Below are positions 49,848 through 60,512 of a DNA stretch of 64,000 nt, piece by piece (within the stretch, counting starts at the first letter, position 1; every line of letters starts with the position of its first letter). Both the position numbers and the translations under genes were made by a program. The stretch comes from a virus (lineage: Duplodnaviria > Caudoviricetes), in IMG/VR virus record IMGVR_UViG_3300032116_022045. One strand, given 5' to 3'. The notes under the pieces were generated by a model, which did not search any database, was not told where the DNA came from, and saw only the letters and a list, made by a program, of their open reading frames with translations.

Positions 49848-52800
49848 TTATTCATCTAACATTTTATCAATTTCATTTATTATCTGATTGATATCGTTAT
49901 TTATCTTGACATTTTTATCAATAATTTTAATATTATCCATTTTTTTATTTACGTCCAGACCATCAACAGATTCAATAAGGTCAACAAACCTATTTTTATA
50001 TTTATTGGTTCTATTAACTAATTTATTAGTCAATAATTTTTTTTCCTCTGTTATTAATTTTAACCCTTCTGTTAATGTTTCACTAGCCTCACCACCTGCT
50101 GGCGCTTCTGGTGCAGCAGCTTCACCACCTTCTGGTGTCTCACCACCTGTCTCACCACCTAATTCTGGTGTTTCGCCACCTTCTGGCGTTTCTGGTGTTG
50201 TACCACCTAATCCACCACCTAGACCTCCACCGCCTCCGCCACCAAATGATGGTGTTGCAGTTTCAGTGCTAGCAGCAGCTTCACCACCGCCTTTTAAAGC
50301 AGCTTCATAATCACCATATATTTTATCAACATCATCAAACATACCAGTATGCTTAATAACATTAGCTGTATTAGCTATTTCACCAGATGCGGCTTTTTCC
50401 ATTCTTTGTTCTAATAAATCTTTTTTAATTTCATCATTAGACCAACCTAAAATTTCTCTATGCGCCCTTGTCCAAGACATAGTACCAAAACCATTACCAA
50501 TATCTGAAACAGCGTCTTTAAGTAATGTTATTTTTTGTTGTAGATGTTCAATTTTAAGCATTTCAGCTTGTGTTGATGGATTGTTTAATGTTAATGAAAA
50601 ATTATCCAAATCATCTTCAAAACCTAATAAATATAAATGTATAATAGCAATCTTATTAAGTTCTTGTAACATTGATTGTTGTACTCTATTTACAGTTCTT
50701 GAAAAACGTATATCTTGTAATGCTAAATTTTTACCTTCACCAGATGTTTCATCAAAACCTAAAAATGGTTTAGGTATTCTTAACGCAGTAAATAAATTAT
50801 TTCTAAGGTATTCTATATCTGCTATTTGGTCCAAATTAGACGCACCTGGTAAAGTATCTATAGGATTTGGTGCATCTTCTGAACGAACTGGAATAAAGAA
50901 ATCTTGGTCGTTTGATAATTGATTAAATCTTAAATCCATTTGACCAGTTTGAGAATCAATTATTGGTGTTCTTTTAAATCTATCAGCAATTTCATTAACA
51001 TAAGCTGGTACATCAGCATCATCAATATTACCAACATAAATTTTATAAACTCTTCTTTCTGGTGCTCTAGTCACACGATATACTAACATTGAATCTTCAG
51101 CTAAAATAAGCTGTTTCCATATACGTCTAGCCTTTTCTAAAATAGATGTTCCGTAAGGTAATCTTCTATCATCACCTAATAATCTAAAGTGAGCCATTTG
51201 CCATGAATTAAATTCAACATCACGACCTCTCCAATAAAATTTAACTTTGTCTGAATTTGGAACATTATTATTAACACTATGACTTCCAGAAATCATATCA
51301 AATAATCCGCTTTCTCTTCTCTCCATTTCATAATTAGGCATTTGTTTAGCGCCAATTATACCATGTTTATCATTAACATTAAGAAAAACGAAATTATCAC
51401 CATATTTACAATTTGACAAAAACACACCAGAAGTTCTTGAATATGAACTATTTGAATCAAACCCACAGACTGGAAAATTGTGTCTATCATGTTCACCATT
51501 TGGCCCGACAGCTTCTAAACAATAAACATCAGCTGTTTCATTTAATTTAATAACAGAAATTACTTTATGATTAATAACTTTAGTTTTTGTTTTACCCTCA
51601 AAAATAGCTTTGCATTTTAAATATTCTTTATCTAAAATTATTTCTGGTTTAATACTAAAAACAAATTCAAAATAATTTTTATTTGTTTTTCTAAAAATTA
51701 ATTTATTTAAAGTTGTCGTGTTAATTGATTTAGTTATATCTTTTCTAAGTGTGTAGGTCTCTTTTAATAAATTGATAAATTCTTGGTCTGTTTTTAATAA
51801 TTTAGCTAATTTATTAATACCTATATAATTTTGGTTATTTATAATAATATTAGAAATATAATTTAAACACGCATGACTAATTTCAATAGTCATACCTTTT
51901 TTAGTTTTTTTAATAAAATCTTTGTTTGACCAATTAACTAACATTTTATTTGAGCGTATTTCATTATGTTCTGTGTGTAAATCACTATTATTATACAACT
52001 CAAAAAATTTTGGGTAAACACCAGACATTTCTTCAGATAAACGTTTTTTTCTCTTATCTGACCTTAAATATTTATCAATACCTTCTAATCTTTTCTTTAT
52101 AACTTCTGGTTTTTTACGATACTCGTTTAAATTTTTAGATAATTTTTCATGCAAATTAGAATGTTCATTAAAACTCATTCTTTTTAAATTATTTGGGTTA
52201 TTATCTCTTTTTTTAAAATTAATATGGTGTGTTAACCATTTTTCACCGCTAATTTTTTCTTTTTCAGAATCAATTAGACAATTTTTAGCGATTATTCTAT
52301 GAGTATATTCATATTTATCACTACTAGGGTTATAAATTTTTTCATAACCATTTAATTTACCATAGTTTTCTACACTAGTTTTTGTGTAAAACGGCATTAA
52401 AGACTGACCTTCAGTTAATTCATCAGCTCGTTTAAAAGAACCGTCTCTAAGCATATATTCATGGTCTGGTGTTGTATCAATATAAGTACCATCATCTAAT
52501 GTTACCCTATATAATTCACTATTTCGTCTGGTTAAATCACACCAAACTATTTTACTTGGAACAATAGCCTTAGTAACATCTTGAATAGCATATGACCAAA
52601 CTTCTTCACCATTTTTAACTCTATTAGATAATTCTTTAATTGTTATTTCTGTACCATCTAATAATGGGATAATACTATTTTCTCTAATAGGTGTATTTCT
52701 TGTCCACATAGGTAATGATGTATGTATATCTAATCTATTAAAAAATAAATCTTGTAATATTGTTTTAACACGATTACTTTCAGAATAAACATTTAATACT

Positions 52801-53153
52801 TTTCCTTTATCATTAACTGTTGTTGCTTCTTCCATAATAATATCAAGAGCAGCAGCAATGATTGGATAAAATTCCATAGCTTCAAAATCAGCATAAGAAC
52901 CTATACGAGTTGTTTCATAATTAATTGATTGTTGATAAAGTCCGTTTTCGACTTTTTTCCACATTTGAGACAAATATTTATTTTGTTGTGCTTGTAATTT
53001 CGCCAACTCATATTCTCTCTTATCTGTGGTTTTTAATAATTCTTTACCTATATTAAATCTTTGTGGTTGATTATATACATTCTTTAATTTAGCAGAATCT
53101 GGGCCAATTACTTGACCTAATCTTTGAAATATTGTTAATTTTTTATCAGACAT
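49848..53153 (-). CDS. gp20: Portal protein (gp20-like) with intein; about 674 aa after splicing
   Basis: YADFEAMEFYPIIAAALD, WTRNT|CKYGDNF, PYGTSILE.AR..W.QL, YR..RAPERRV, TLPGASNL. Confidence 0.95.
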   Translation of the reverse strand: MSDKKLTIFQRLGQVIGPDSAKLKNVYNQPQRFNIGKELLKTTDKREYELAKLQAQQNKYLSQMWKKVENGLYQQSINYETTRIGSYADFEAMEFYPIIAAALDIIMEEATTVNDKGKVLNVYSESNRVKTILQDLFFNRLDIHTSLPMWTRNTPIRENSIIPLLDGTEITIKELSNRVKNGEEVWSYAIQDVTKAIVPSKIVWCDLTRRNSELYRVTLDDGTYIDTTPDHEYMLRDGSFKRADELTEGQSLMPFYTKTSVENYGKLNGYEKIYNPSSDKYEYTHRIIAKNCLIDSEKEKISGEKWLTHHINFKKRDNNPNNLKRMSFNEHSNLHEKLSKNLNEYRKKPEVIKKRLEGIDKYLRSDKRKKRLSEEMSGVYPKFFELYNNSDLHTEHNEIRSNKMLVNWSNKDFIKKTKKGMTIEISHACLNYISNIIINNQNYIGINKLAKLLKTDQEFINLLKETYTLRKDITKSINTTTLNKLIFRKTNKNYFEFVFSIKPEIILDKEYLKCKAIFEGKTKTKVINHKVISVIKLNETADVYCLEAVGPNGEHDRHNFPVCGFDSNSSYSRTSGVFLSNCKYGDNFVFLNVNDKHGIIGAKQMPNYEMERRESGLFDMISGSHSVNNNVPNSDKVKFYWRGRDVEFNSWQMAHFRLLGDDRRLPYGTSILEKARRIWKQLILAEDSMLVYRVTRAPERRVYKIYVGNIDDADVPAYVNEIADRFKRTPIIDSQTGQMDLRFNQLSNDQDFFIPVRSEDAPNPIDTLPGASNLDQIADIEYLRNNLFTALRIPKPFLGFDETSGEGKNLALQDIRFSRTVNRVQQSMLQELNKIAIIHLYLLGFEDDLDNFSLTLNNPSTQAEMLKIEHLQQKITLLKDAVSDIGNGFGTMSWTRAHREILGWSNDEIKKDLLEQRMEKAASGEIANTANVIKHTGMFDDVDKIYGDYEAALKGGGEAAASTETATPSFGGGGGGGLGGGLGGTTPETPEGGETPELGGETGGETPEGGEAAAPEAPAGGEASETLTEGLKLITEEKKLLTNKLVNRTNKYKNRFVDLIESVDGLDVNKKMDNIKIIDKNVKINNDINQIINEIDKMLDE
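51411..52691 (-). mobile_element. Class-3-like intein (427 aa, Pro1, Cys at F4) with HNH endonuclease
   Basis: Block A PIRENSIIPLLDG; block B TTPDH; HNH THRIIA...HHINFKKRDNNPNNL; block F VYCL; ends FLSN with +1 Cys. Confidence 0.88.
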
Positions 53154-53203
53154 TTTAATTTTATTTATTATAATAAATATACTAATAATTAAATTAAAGT
53201 AAA

Positions 53204-54976
53204 TTATCTAAACAACCATGAATAATCACCATGTGGGTCTTGAATCCCTCTAGAATTATATGGGTTAAATTTTGGTCTAGGGTGACTTGTTTTAACACCA
53301 TTTTGATTACTTACAAAACCATTTCTATTATCAGTTGTATTTGTGTTATTAGATGACCCACCAAGCCAAGCACTTAACATCGCTTTATTTTGTTTTTCCA
53401 ATCTTTCAAGATTTTTAAATGAATGTTCAGCAACCCATAATGCCATTGCAAGAGCCATTATACAATCATCATTATAACCATCCATATGGTCAGGTCTACC
53501 GTTTTTATATATAAATGTTTTAAGTTCTGATAATAACCTTGTTGACCTTATTTTAACAGCATTTGTTCTTATTTTATATTCTAAATTTGAAATCATTGGT
53601 AATCTAACAGACGTTGCATGAAAACCTGGTATCTTATTATCTTTTGAAAAATTTGCAACTTCTCTTTGTCTAGAAGATAATATTTTACCATTTTGCGTAT
53701 CATAGTGTAAATGTTTGTACCCAAATTCTAATAATTTAAGTACTGTTGAAACACCCATACCACCAGTTATATCTACAACAGTATATGCTTTATATTTTTC
53801 ACCATATTCCTCTATTATTTGAGCCAATAAATCTGGTTGTATTTTACCTTGATACTCCATTACTTGTTCCATTGTGGTAAAATCAATAATAACAATTGTT
53901 GATGAATCTTCTCCATCTCCACGACTAACATCGGACGACAAAATGTACTGATGACCTTCTTTTGGTTCTTCCCAAATCCAAATATTTTTTTCGGCACCTA
54001 AAGTCCATTTAGGGTCTTGCATATTATTTTTATATTGTGCTTCAATATATTGCTCTTCAATAACATTACCACCAGAACCTATAAATGATACATCTAATTC
54101 TTGAGCAATCATTCTAGCGTCATTATTCATCGCTAGACACATTTCTTCATACCATGGTGAAGTAGGTTTCCAACCTTCACTTATTCTTTTATTATATGAT
54201 TCAAAAGTAAATTCAACTTCTTTTTCAATTAATTCATCTTTAAACCATCTTAATTCTCTATTATATCTTAAATCTTCATACCATTTCATTTCAATGATAT
54301 TAAAATTATTTTTCTTTTGTTTTGCTAAATCATATGTTTTATAATATAATTCATCAAGACCTTTTGGTGTTGATATAAGAATTGCTTTACCACCGCTACC
54401 AAGGGCCGTAAGAGCCGCACCAAAGACTTCTGCACCATTATCTATATACGCAGCTTCATCCATTACAAGATACGTTGGTGTAAAGCCTCTTAATGCGTCT
54501 TTTGATGTTGCTACTGCTTTTATACGACTACCATTTGGTAATTTTATTTCTTTTTTAGAATCAGTTAAAAAAATTGTTTTTTCTTCATTCTTTTTATTAC
54601 CATAATATTCTGAACCCCAAACCCATCTTGGTAATTGATTAACAAAATCTTTAATTTTAGCTAAAAATTCAAACGCTAATTCTTGTTTATTGGCAATGAT
54701 TAGAATATTTTCAGGGTTTTCTTCATCTGCAAAACCTGCTTTTATTGATAGATAAGCAGCTGTTGTTGTTGACACCCCAGCTTGTCTTGGCTTTGTAACT
54801 AAATTATGTCTATGGTTTTCATAAGCATATATTATTTCCTTTTGTCTTGGAAACAATTTAAATGGTACATATCCTTCTTGAGTCTTATCAAAAGTTTCCA
54901 AATAAGTTTCAATAGCATATGTAGGATTAGTTAAACATAAAGCATATTCCTTTAATATTTCTTGTACTGTTAACAT
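53204..54976 (-). CDS. terL: Terminase large subunit (gp17-like)
   Basis: KPRQAGVSTT deviant Walker A, LVMDEAA Walker B, SSDVSRG and DDCIMALA nuclease motifs. Confidence 0.95.
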   Translation of the reverse strand: MLTVQEILKEYALCLTNPTYAIETYLETFDKTQEGYVPFKLFPRQKEIIYAYENHRHNLVTKPRQAGVSTTTAAYLSIKAGFADEENPENILIIANKQELAFEFLAKIKDFVNQLPRWVWGSEYYGNKKNEEKTIFLTDSKKEIKLPNGSRIKAVATSKDALRGFTPTYLVMDEAAYIDNGAEVFGAALTALGSGGKAILISTPKGLDELYYKTYDLAKQKKNNFNIIEMKWYEDLRYNRELRWFKDELIEKEVEFTFESYNKRISEGWKPTSPWYEEMCLAMNNDARMIAQELDVSFIGSGGNVIEEQYIEAQYKNNMQDPKWTLGAEKNIWIWEEPKEGHQYILSSDVSRGDGEDSSTIVIIDFTTMEQVMEYQGKIQPDLLAQIIEEYGEKYKAYTVVDITGGMGVSTVLKLLEFGYKHLHYDTQNGKILSSRQREVANFSKDNKIPGFHATSVRLPMISNLEYKIRTNAVKIRSTRLLSELKTFIYKNGRPDHMDGYNDDCIMALAMALWVAEHSFKNLERLEKQNKAMLSAWLGGSSNNTNTTDNRNGFVSNQNGVKTSHPRPKFNPYNSRGIQDPHGDYSWLFR

Positions 54977-54986
54977 GTTTATATAA

Positions 54987-55370
54987 TTAAAATGTTGGGT
55001 AAGCAGTTAATTCATATCTACCGCTAGGCATTCTATAAATAGAAATAGCTATATTTCTGTTAAGTTCTTTACCTCTTTTATTCAATATTGGTTCACCATC
55101 TTTTAATAAAGATATTGTCGCACTTTTAGTTGTTTCATATGGAATACCACCAGTGCCAAAATGAGTAAACAATTCATCTTCATTTAATTCATAACCAAGT
55201 GCATTAGCCATATCTCTAACCGAATCTAATGCTTCAGACAATGTTTCATAATAATCATTATTACGTGTGTCAATTTTATTAAAGTTTTTCTTAAAACTTT
55301 CTATAATAATTCTTTCTTTTTCAGCTAAAATAGCCTTTCTTTCTGTTTCTGTTAATATTAGTTTTTTCAT
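54987..55370 (-). CDS. Hypothetical protein with MKKLILTE leader (putative internal head protein)
   Basis: Leader MKKLILTETERKAILAE; domain YYETLSEALD...RMPSGRYEL. Confidence 0.6.
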   Translation of the reverse strand: MKKLILTETERKAILAEKERIIIESFKKNFNKIDTRNNDYYETLSEALDSVRDMANALGYELNEDELFTHFGTGGIPYETTKSATISLLKDGEPILNKRGKELNRNIAISIYRMPSGRYELTAYPTF

Positions 55371-55375
55371 AAAAA

Positions 55376-56545
55376 TTAATTATTTAAAAATAATTCTTCA
55401 TAAGAATAACCTAAAGATGAACTATTATTTTTGTTAGCTTCATTCATAGCTTCATTAAAATCATCTTCTTGTAATTCTGTTTTTATTTTTTTAGATAACT
55501 CTTCAATTATCTTTTTACCTTTTTTTGTATGTGCCATTATTTCACGCATATTAGAATTAAATTCTTCTGTTGGCATACAAACCAAATCAGTATATATTTG
55601 GTGTTTTAAATTAAAATCTTCTGGTTTAATAAGTTTTGTAAATCTATTCCATATAGCTGGTCCTAACCTAATATCCCATGGTTCAGCAGCAGTAAAATCT
55701 GCTTTATTAATAACATACTCACCAAGTTTTTTATCTTTAGGTAATCCATGTGCAGAGATTAATTCCATAACACCTTTAACAAGTTCATGTATTAAAACTG
55801 GGAAAACCATTCCTTGTGCATATATAACAGCTTTTGGGTTTTTTTTGGTTGGAAATTGAACTCTAACAACACCACTATTTATTGTGTTATCCATTTCAGG
55901 TACCACAAAATAAGTATAATCTGATGCTGACATTAATTTATTATATTTATTTGGTAATCTTGGGTCTAAATCAGATATATCATCATCAGCCATATGATAC
56001 ATATGATTACATTTTCTTGATGCACCTTCAACCATTGAATTTATAAATCTTCTTTTATAAACTTCTTTTTTTGCTTTTGCCATATCATCATGACTTTCAA
56101 ACTCTAATTGAACAGCCACAGGTTTTTTATTTTTTTTAGGTGCTTCTAATGTGATATTTGGTGTTAATTTAGCGTGTATTTCTACCACATTACTATCCAT
56201 ATTAAATTCTTCTCTAATCATTTTCTCAGCTAATTTCTCAAGAGATTTTCTATGTTTAGATTCTAATTTCATAGTTTCAGTTAATAATGGTGTAATACTT
56301 GACATAATTAACTTATCATCAATTTCTGTCATATCATGTGCTTTTTTACATCTATTAACAACTTCTTTAAAGCGTTCACCAATTATTTTTTCCTCAAATA
56401 ATGATTCATCAGTTTCTGGAAAAATTTCATTTAACCCTAATGAATGTTTTCTGCCAACCAATTCTTCTTCAAGTTTTGGATGCATTCTTTCTTTTAAACT
56501 TTCAGGATAAACAACATTTTCATTTAATATTCTTTTATTCATCAT
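55376..56545 (-). CDS. Hypothetical protein with a degenerate zincin-like motif (HELVKG)
   Basis: 389 aa; VLIHELVKGVMEL. Confidence 0.6.
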   Translation of the reverse strand: MMNKRILNENVVYPESLKERMHPKLEEELVGRKHSLGLNEIFPETDESLFEEKIIGERFKEVVNRCKKAHDMTEIDDKLIMSSITPLLTETMKLESKHRKSLEKLAEKMIREEFNMDSNVVEIHAKLTPNITLEAPKKNKKPVAVQLEFESHDDMAKAKKEVYKRRFINSMVEGASRKCNHMYHMADDDISDLDPRLPNKYNKLMSASDYTYFVVPEMDNTINSGVVRVQFPTKKNPKAVIYAQGMVFPVLIHELVKGVMELISAHGLPKDKKLGEYVINKADFTAAEPWDIRLGPAIWNRFTKLIKPEDFNLKHQIYTDLVCMPTEEFNSNMREIMAHTKKGKKIIEELSKKIKTELQEDDFNEAMNEANKNNSSSLGYSYEELFLNN

Positions 56546-57176
56546 TTAAATCTTTAACTTTAATTATTTTATTTTCTTTTTTAGGTTTTTGACCAAATAA
56601 TCTTTCGTAAACATATTTTTTAAATTCACTAAGACCCATATATTTTTCATTTTCTTTCATATTAGCTTTAGCTAATTCTTCAACAGTTCTAAATTTTCTT
56701 ATTTTACCATTTTCATTTACAATGAAATGTTTAAATTCATTTAGATTTAATGAATCAGAACCAGTTTGTTTTTCTTCTTGTTTAATTAATTCACCTTCAA
56801 TTAAGTCTTTGGCTGGTTTAGCGACATTTTCTTCAAAATATTGTACTGGGTATATTTTATTATCACCAGAGTCATCATACTCATCATGACAATAGACACC
56901 CATAACAACTTCTTGATTAGGTGTTACACCTCTAACCATTTGATATTGTTTACCAGATATGTTAAATGGTTTAGATATCTCACCAGTACGACTGTCAATG
57001 ACATTCGATAAATATTTAATAGTTTCTGGGTCTTTAGGTTCTATTACAGCATCAACTTCATTAATTTTATCAGTAACTACAATATTTACATTATGGTTAT
57101 CACCAATATCTTGTATGGTCTTTTTTAAACCATCTGACGTTGTTATAACTGTAGGTTTTTTTTCATTATTCTCCAT
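56535..57176 (-). CDS. Hypothetical protein
   Basis: 213-aa ORF, overlap-coupled. Confidence 0.6.
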   Translation of the reverse strand: MENNEKKPTVITTSDGLKKTIQDIGDNHNVNIVVTDKINEVDAVIEPKDPETIKYLSNVIDSRTGEISKPFNISGKQYQMVRGVTPNQEVVMGVYCHDEYDDSGDNKIYPVQYFEENVAKPAKDLIEGELIKQEEKQTGSDSLNLNEFKHFIVNENGKIRKFRTVEELAKANMKENEKYMGLSEFKKYVYERLFGQKPKKENKIIKVKDLNDE

Positions 57177-57573
57177 GGTATTGCTTTTTATAATTAAGTA
57201 TTAGGTCTTTTTCATAAAGTTTATTTTCAACATCAATATTTTTTTCACCAAAACTAAATGATAGTCTTTTATCTGGATATGACTCATAAGCATTTATATT
57301 TTCCCATGCCATTGCGATTACACCATCAACAGCATCCCATATAGCAAATGTATCACTATCTTGTATTAAATCAAGTTTAAGTTCTGATTCAAGTTTACCC
57401 ACTTTTTTTATTAAATTTTCATGTGGTGGTTCTGGTCTACCAGATGCTGGATACATATCCCAATCTGGACCATCAATATTATCTAATGAATCAGAAAATA
57501 AAAATTCATAAAGGTATTGACCTTTATAATTTTTACCGACTTTATTAATATAAATCAAATATAAATTTTCCAT
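57166..57573 (-). CDS. Hypothetical protein
   Basis: 135-aa acidic, aromatic-rich ORF. Confidence 0.6.
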   Translation of the reverse strand: MENLYLIYINKVGKNYKGQYLYEFLFSDSLDNIDGPDWDMYPASGRPEPPHENLIKKVGKLESELKLDLIQDSDTFAIWDAVDGVIAMAWENINAYESYPDKRLSFSFGEKNIDVENKLYEKDLILNYKKQYHGE

Positions 57574-60512
57574 TATTCAATATCTGCCATTGGTAAAAAA
57601 GGTTTATTTTCTCTTTTAATATTTAATGGTTTTTCAATATTATGTTTTTTACTTTTTTTATCTTTAGAATCCTTATCGTTAGTTTGTTTTGGTCTTTCAT
57701 CATCGTCATCATCACCAAAGGTTTCATTTAATTGTCTTTGAATATAATGTTTATCAAAACCATGCATATCTATTTTATTTTTTAAGAAATGATATACTTC
57801 TTCGATGTCATCTTTTGATGTTGCGATATGGTCTAATGCCCAACCATGACCATCTGATAAGACATTATCAACATTTTCAAAATCCATACCTTTCATTTCT
57901 GAAACTGCATTATAGATAGTTTTTAAATTTTGCCAAAACATATAATTATTTGACATTTCATCTTTATTTGACATAATTTCTTCTAATTTTTGTTTAAAAT
58001 TTTCCATATTTTCTTTAATACTTTTTTTACCCCATGATTTACCTTTACCTTTTGTTTTACATGCACTAGGATATGGTCTACATGCTGGATATTTAGCTCT
58101 TTTTTCACCTTCTTCTCTACCACAAGGTTTACATTTTAATCTACCAGTTTCTTTATTTTTTCTACATGTATTACAATCAACCCAGCCTTGTGAACCTTCA
58201 CCACCTTTTCTAGAAAACCAACCATGAAGACCTTGTGATTTCTCTTTTGAGAAGTTAGTTTTTTTAGATTCATCTACTTTAATCTTATTTGTTTTGATAT
58301 AATCATCAATCCATGCTTGTAATTCATGTACATCTGGTGCGTATTCTTTACCCTTTTTTCTTGTAATCGAATCATGAGCTTTTTTAATCATTTCTCGACT
58401 CAACTTTTCTCTATCTATCTCTTTAGTTTTATTAATAGTTTTTTTACCTTCAGTAAATAATCTAGGCATTGTTAAGTATTTAATTATATTTTTATAATAA
58501 ATATTAACATTACTACGCTTATCTTTAATTAATTCACCGTTATCGTTTTTTGGTGTTAGATAACCATTAACATAACCAGTTTCAAAATTAAACTTTTTCA
58601 TTTCAAATTTAACTAATTTAGATGACAAAACATCGTTTCTATAAGATTCACTTTTATCTTCAAACTTATCTTTTAAACTATTTATTGTTTCTAGCATATC
58701 TAAATTAAAATCAACATCATTATTAGCAAAATAAATTTCTAAAAGGTTAATCGCTTCAAAATGTTTAGCGATTTGAATTATTTTTTCTATTTCATCTAAG
58801 TCTTTAATGTCAACTTGTTTCATAATATCATCTATGTTATCTTCATTAAAACCACCAATATGATGTATAAACATAATTGCATCATAGTTTTCATCATCAT
58901 ATCTATTTTCTAAACTTGCTTCAAGACCATACAAAAAATCACGTCTAAAATCTTTAGCCATATCTGGATAATCAATGTAATTTAAAGCCATAGAAACTGT
59001 ATAATAACCATCTGAATTTCCATCACCTTCAAAAGCAGCTCTTACTAAGCTTTCTTTCTGTTCATCTGTAAATTTATTACTATAAAAATTTTCAAAAGTT
59101 TCAGTATCACCATTTTCTAATGATGCTTCACAGATATTAAAATCAAGGTCGTTACCATAAATTTTATTAAAAAATTCATAAACATCATCATTTTCATTCA
59201 TAAATTCACCAAGTCTTATTGGATAATCTTTAGCGTCCATAAATTGAGAATCCTCAAAATGAAATTGATATTTTTCAGAAGGGTCTTGTTTATTTATTAA
59301 TATGTATAAAGACCCTCTATTATTATAACGGTCAAACATGTTATTATAACCAGTTGCTGCTGTACACCATTTTGTACCTTTACCATAATAACAAGAAGCT
59401 TCTTCTGTTTTTGGAACAATAATTGTCCAGTTAGTTAAATTATATTTATCAACGTCTTTTTTAATTTCTTTTTCTATATCTGTTTTTGATTTTAACTCTT
59501 CACTATCTGATTTTGATTCTAAATCAAAAATAAAATCTAATAAAGTTTTTATATTAAATTTATTAATATCTTTTTTATCAGTAGGTAATAGATTTTTAAT
59601 CTTACTAGTATTAAAAAATTCTAAATCGTTTTTTATTTTATATAAATCTTCATCTTTAGCTTTTTTCAATAATTCAACATTATCTTTTCTGAATAACCAT
59701 CTAGTATATTCACCTAATTTATTTTTATCTTTATTATATGTTGGGTCTAAATCAATTATTTTATTAAATTTTTCTTTATCTGATTTTTCATCATCTTTAT
59801 TAAATAAGTTTTTATAGAATTTATTATAAGCTTCTTCAGAACTTATTTCATTTATTATGTTCATATTTTCTTCCATTATTTTTTTAATAAATTTTTTTTG
59901 CCTTAATTTAATTGTATCTAATGATTCTTTAATCTTTTTTCTACCTTGACAATGTGCTTTTTGGCTAAACCCTTTTGGGTTACTACAATCAATACTCTTT
60001 TTGTATTTCTCTGACCATTTCTCATTAATTTGGTCATCAATATTTTCATCAGTTTTATTTCCCCAATTAGCAGCACCAACTTTACGACATTTTACGAGGG
60101 CACCTGAACCGTAGGCACTTGGCCAGACAGAATATCTACTTTTTACTTTATAATAACAAGCATCTCTTTTTGTTTTTTTCTTTTTCTTTTTACCCTCTTG
60201 AATAATTTCAAATATAGCATATTCACCATCTTCAAAATCAGTTTCAATAACTTCAACCATTAAATCACCAGAACCTTTAATTACCCTATGAAATGTGTTT
60301 TTAGGTATAAAAATTTCTTCATTAACATTAAGTTTTTTTGGCAATTCATTATCAAATTGAATCATCCAATCATTGTTTTCTAAAACAATAACAACTCTAT
60401 CTTTTTTATCTCTATGCCAAGATAATTCATTTTCATTAACGTCTTTTGAAAATGAACGTCTAATTATATTATTATTTATAGTTTCCTTATAAGGTTTCAT
60501 ATTATTTTTCAT
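57573..60512 (-). CDS. Multi-module (polyvalent-like) protein: cupin, Cys-rich basic modules, GTKWCT domain, HGWALDH module
   Basis: WHRD...FHRVIKG cupin; RDACYYKVK; SIDCSNPKGFSQKAHC; YYGKGTKWCTAA; WVDCNTCR; modules separated by x-x-E linkers. The start is probably 60512 or 60500. Confidence 0.75.
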   Translation of the reverse strand: MKNNMKPYKETINNNIIRRSFSKDVNENELSWHRDKKDRVVIVLENNDWMIQFDNELPKKLNVNEEIFIPKNTFHRVIKGSGDLMVEVIETDFEDGEYAIFEIIQEGKKKKKKTKRDACYYKVKSRYSVWPSAYGSGALVKCRKVGAANWGNKTDENIDDQINEKWSEKYKKSIDCSNPKGFSQKAHCQGRKKIKESLDTIKLRQKKFIKKIMEENMNIINEISSEEAYNKFYKNLFNKDDEKSDKEKFNKIIDLDPTYNKDKNKLGEYTRWLFRKDNVELLKKAKDEDLYKIKNDLEFFNTSKIKNLLPTDKKDINKFNIKTLLDFIFDLESKSDSEELKSKTDIEKEIKKDVDKYNLTNWTIIVPKTEEASCYYGKGTKWCTAATGYNNMFDRYNNRGSLYILINKQDPSEKYQFHFEDSQFMDAKDYPIRLGEFMNENDDVYEFFNKIYGNDLDFNICEASLENGDTETFENFYSNKFTDEQKESLVRAAFEGDGNSDGYYTVSMALNYIDYPDMAKDFRRDFLYGLEASLENRYDDENYDAIMFIHHIGGFNEDNIDDIMKQVDIKDLDEIEKIIQIAKHFEAINLLEIYFANNDVDFNLDMLETINSLKDKFEDKSESYRNDVLSSKLVKFEMKKFNFETGYVNGYLTPKNDNGELIKDKRSNVNIYYKNIIKYLTMPRLFTEGKKTINKTKEIDREKLSREMIKKAHDSITRKKGKEYAPDVHELQAWIDDYIKTNKIKVDESKKTNFSKEKSQGLHGWFSRKGGEGSQGWVDCNTCRKNKETGRLKCKPCGREEGEKRAKYPACRPYPSACKTKGKGKSWGKKSIKENMENFKQKLEEIMSNKDEMSNNYMFWQNLKTIYNAVSEMKGMDFENVDNVLSDGHGWALDHIATSKDDIEEVYHFLKNKIDMHGFDKHYIQRQLNETFGDDDDDERPKQTNDKDSKDKKSKKHNIEKPLNIKRENKPFLPMADIE

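Noticed and set aside
53204-54976. Terminase inactive because Walker A lacks GKT
   Set aside because: KPRQAGVST fits the deviant Walker A seen in many large-phage terminases; all other motifs are intact.
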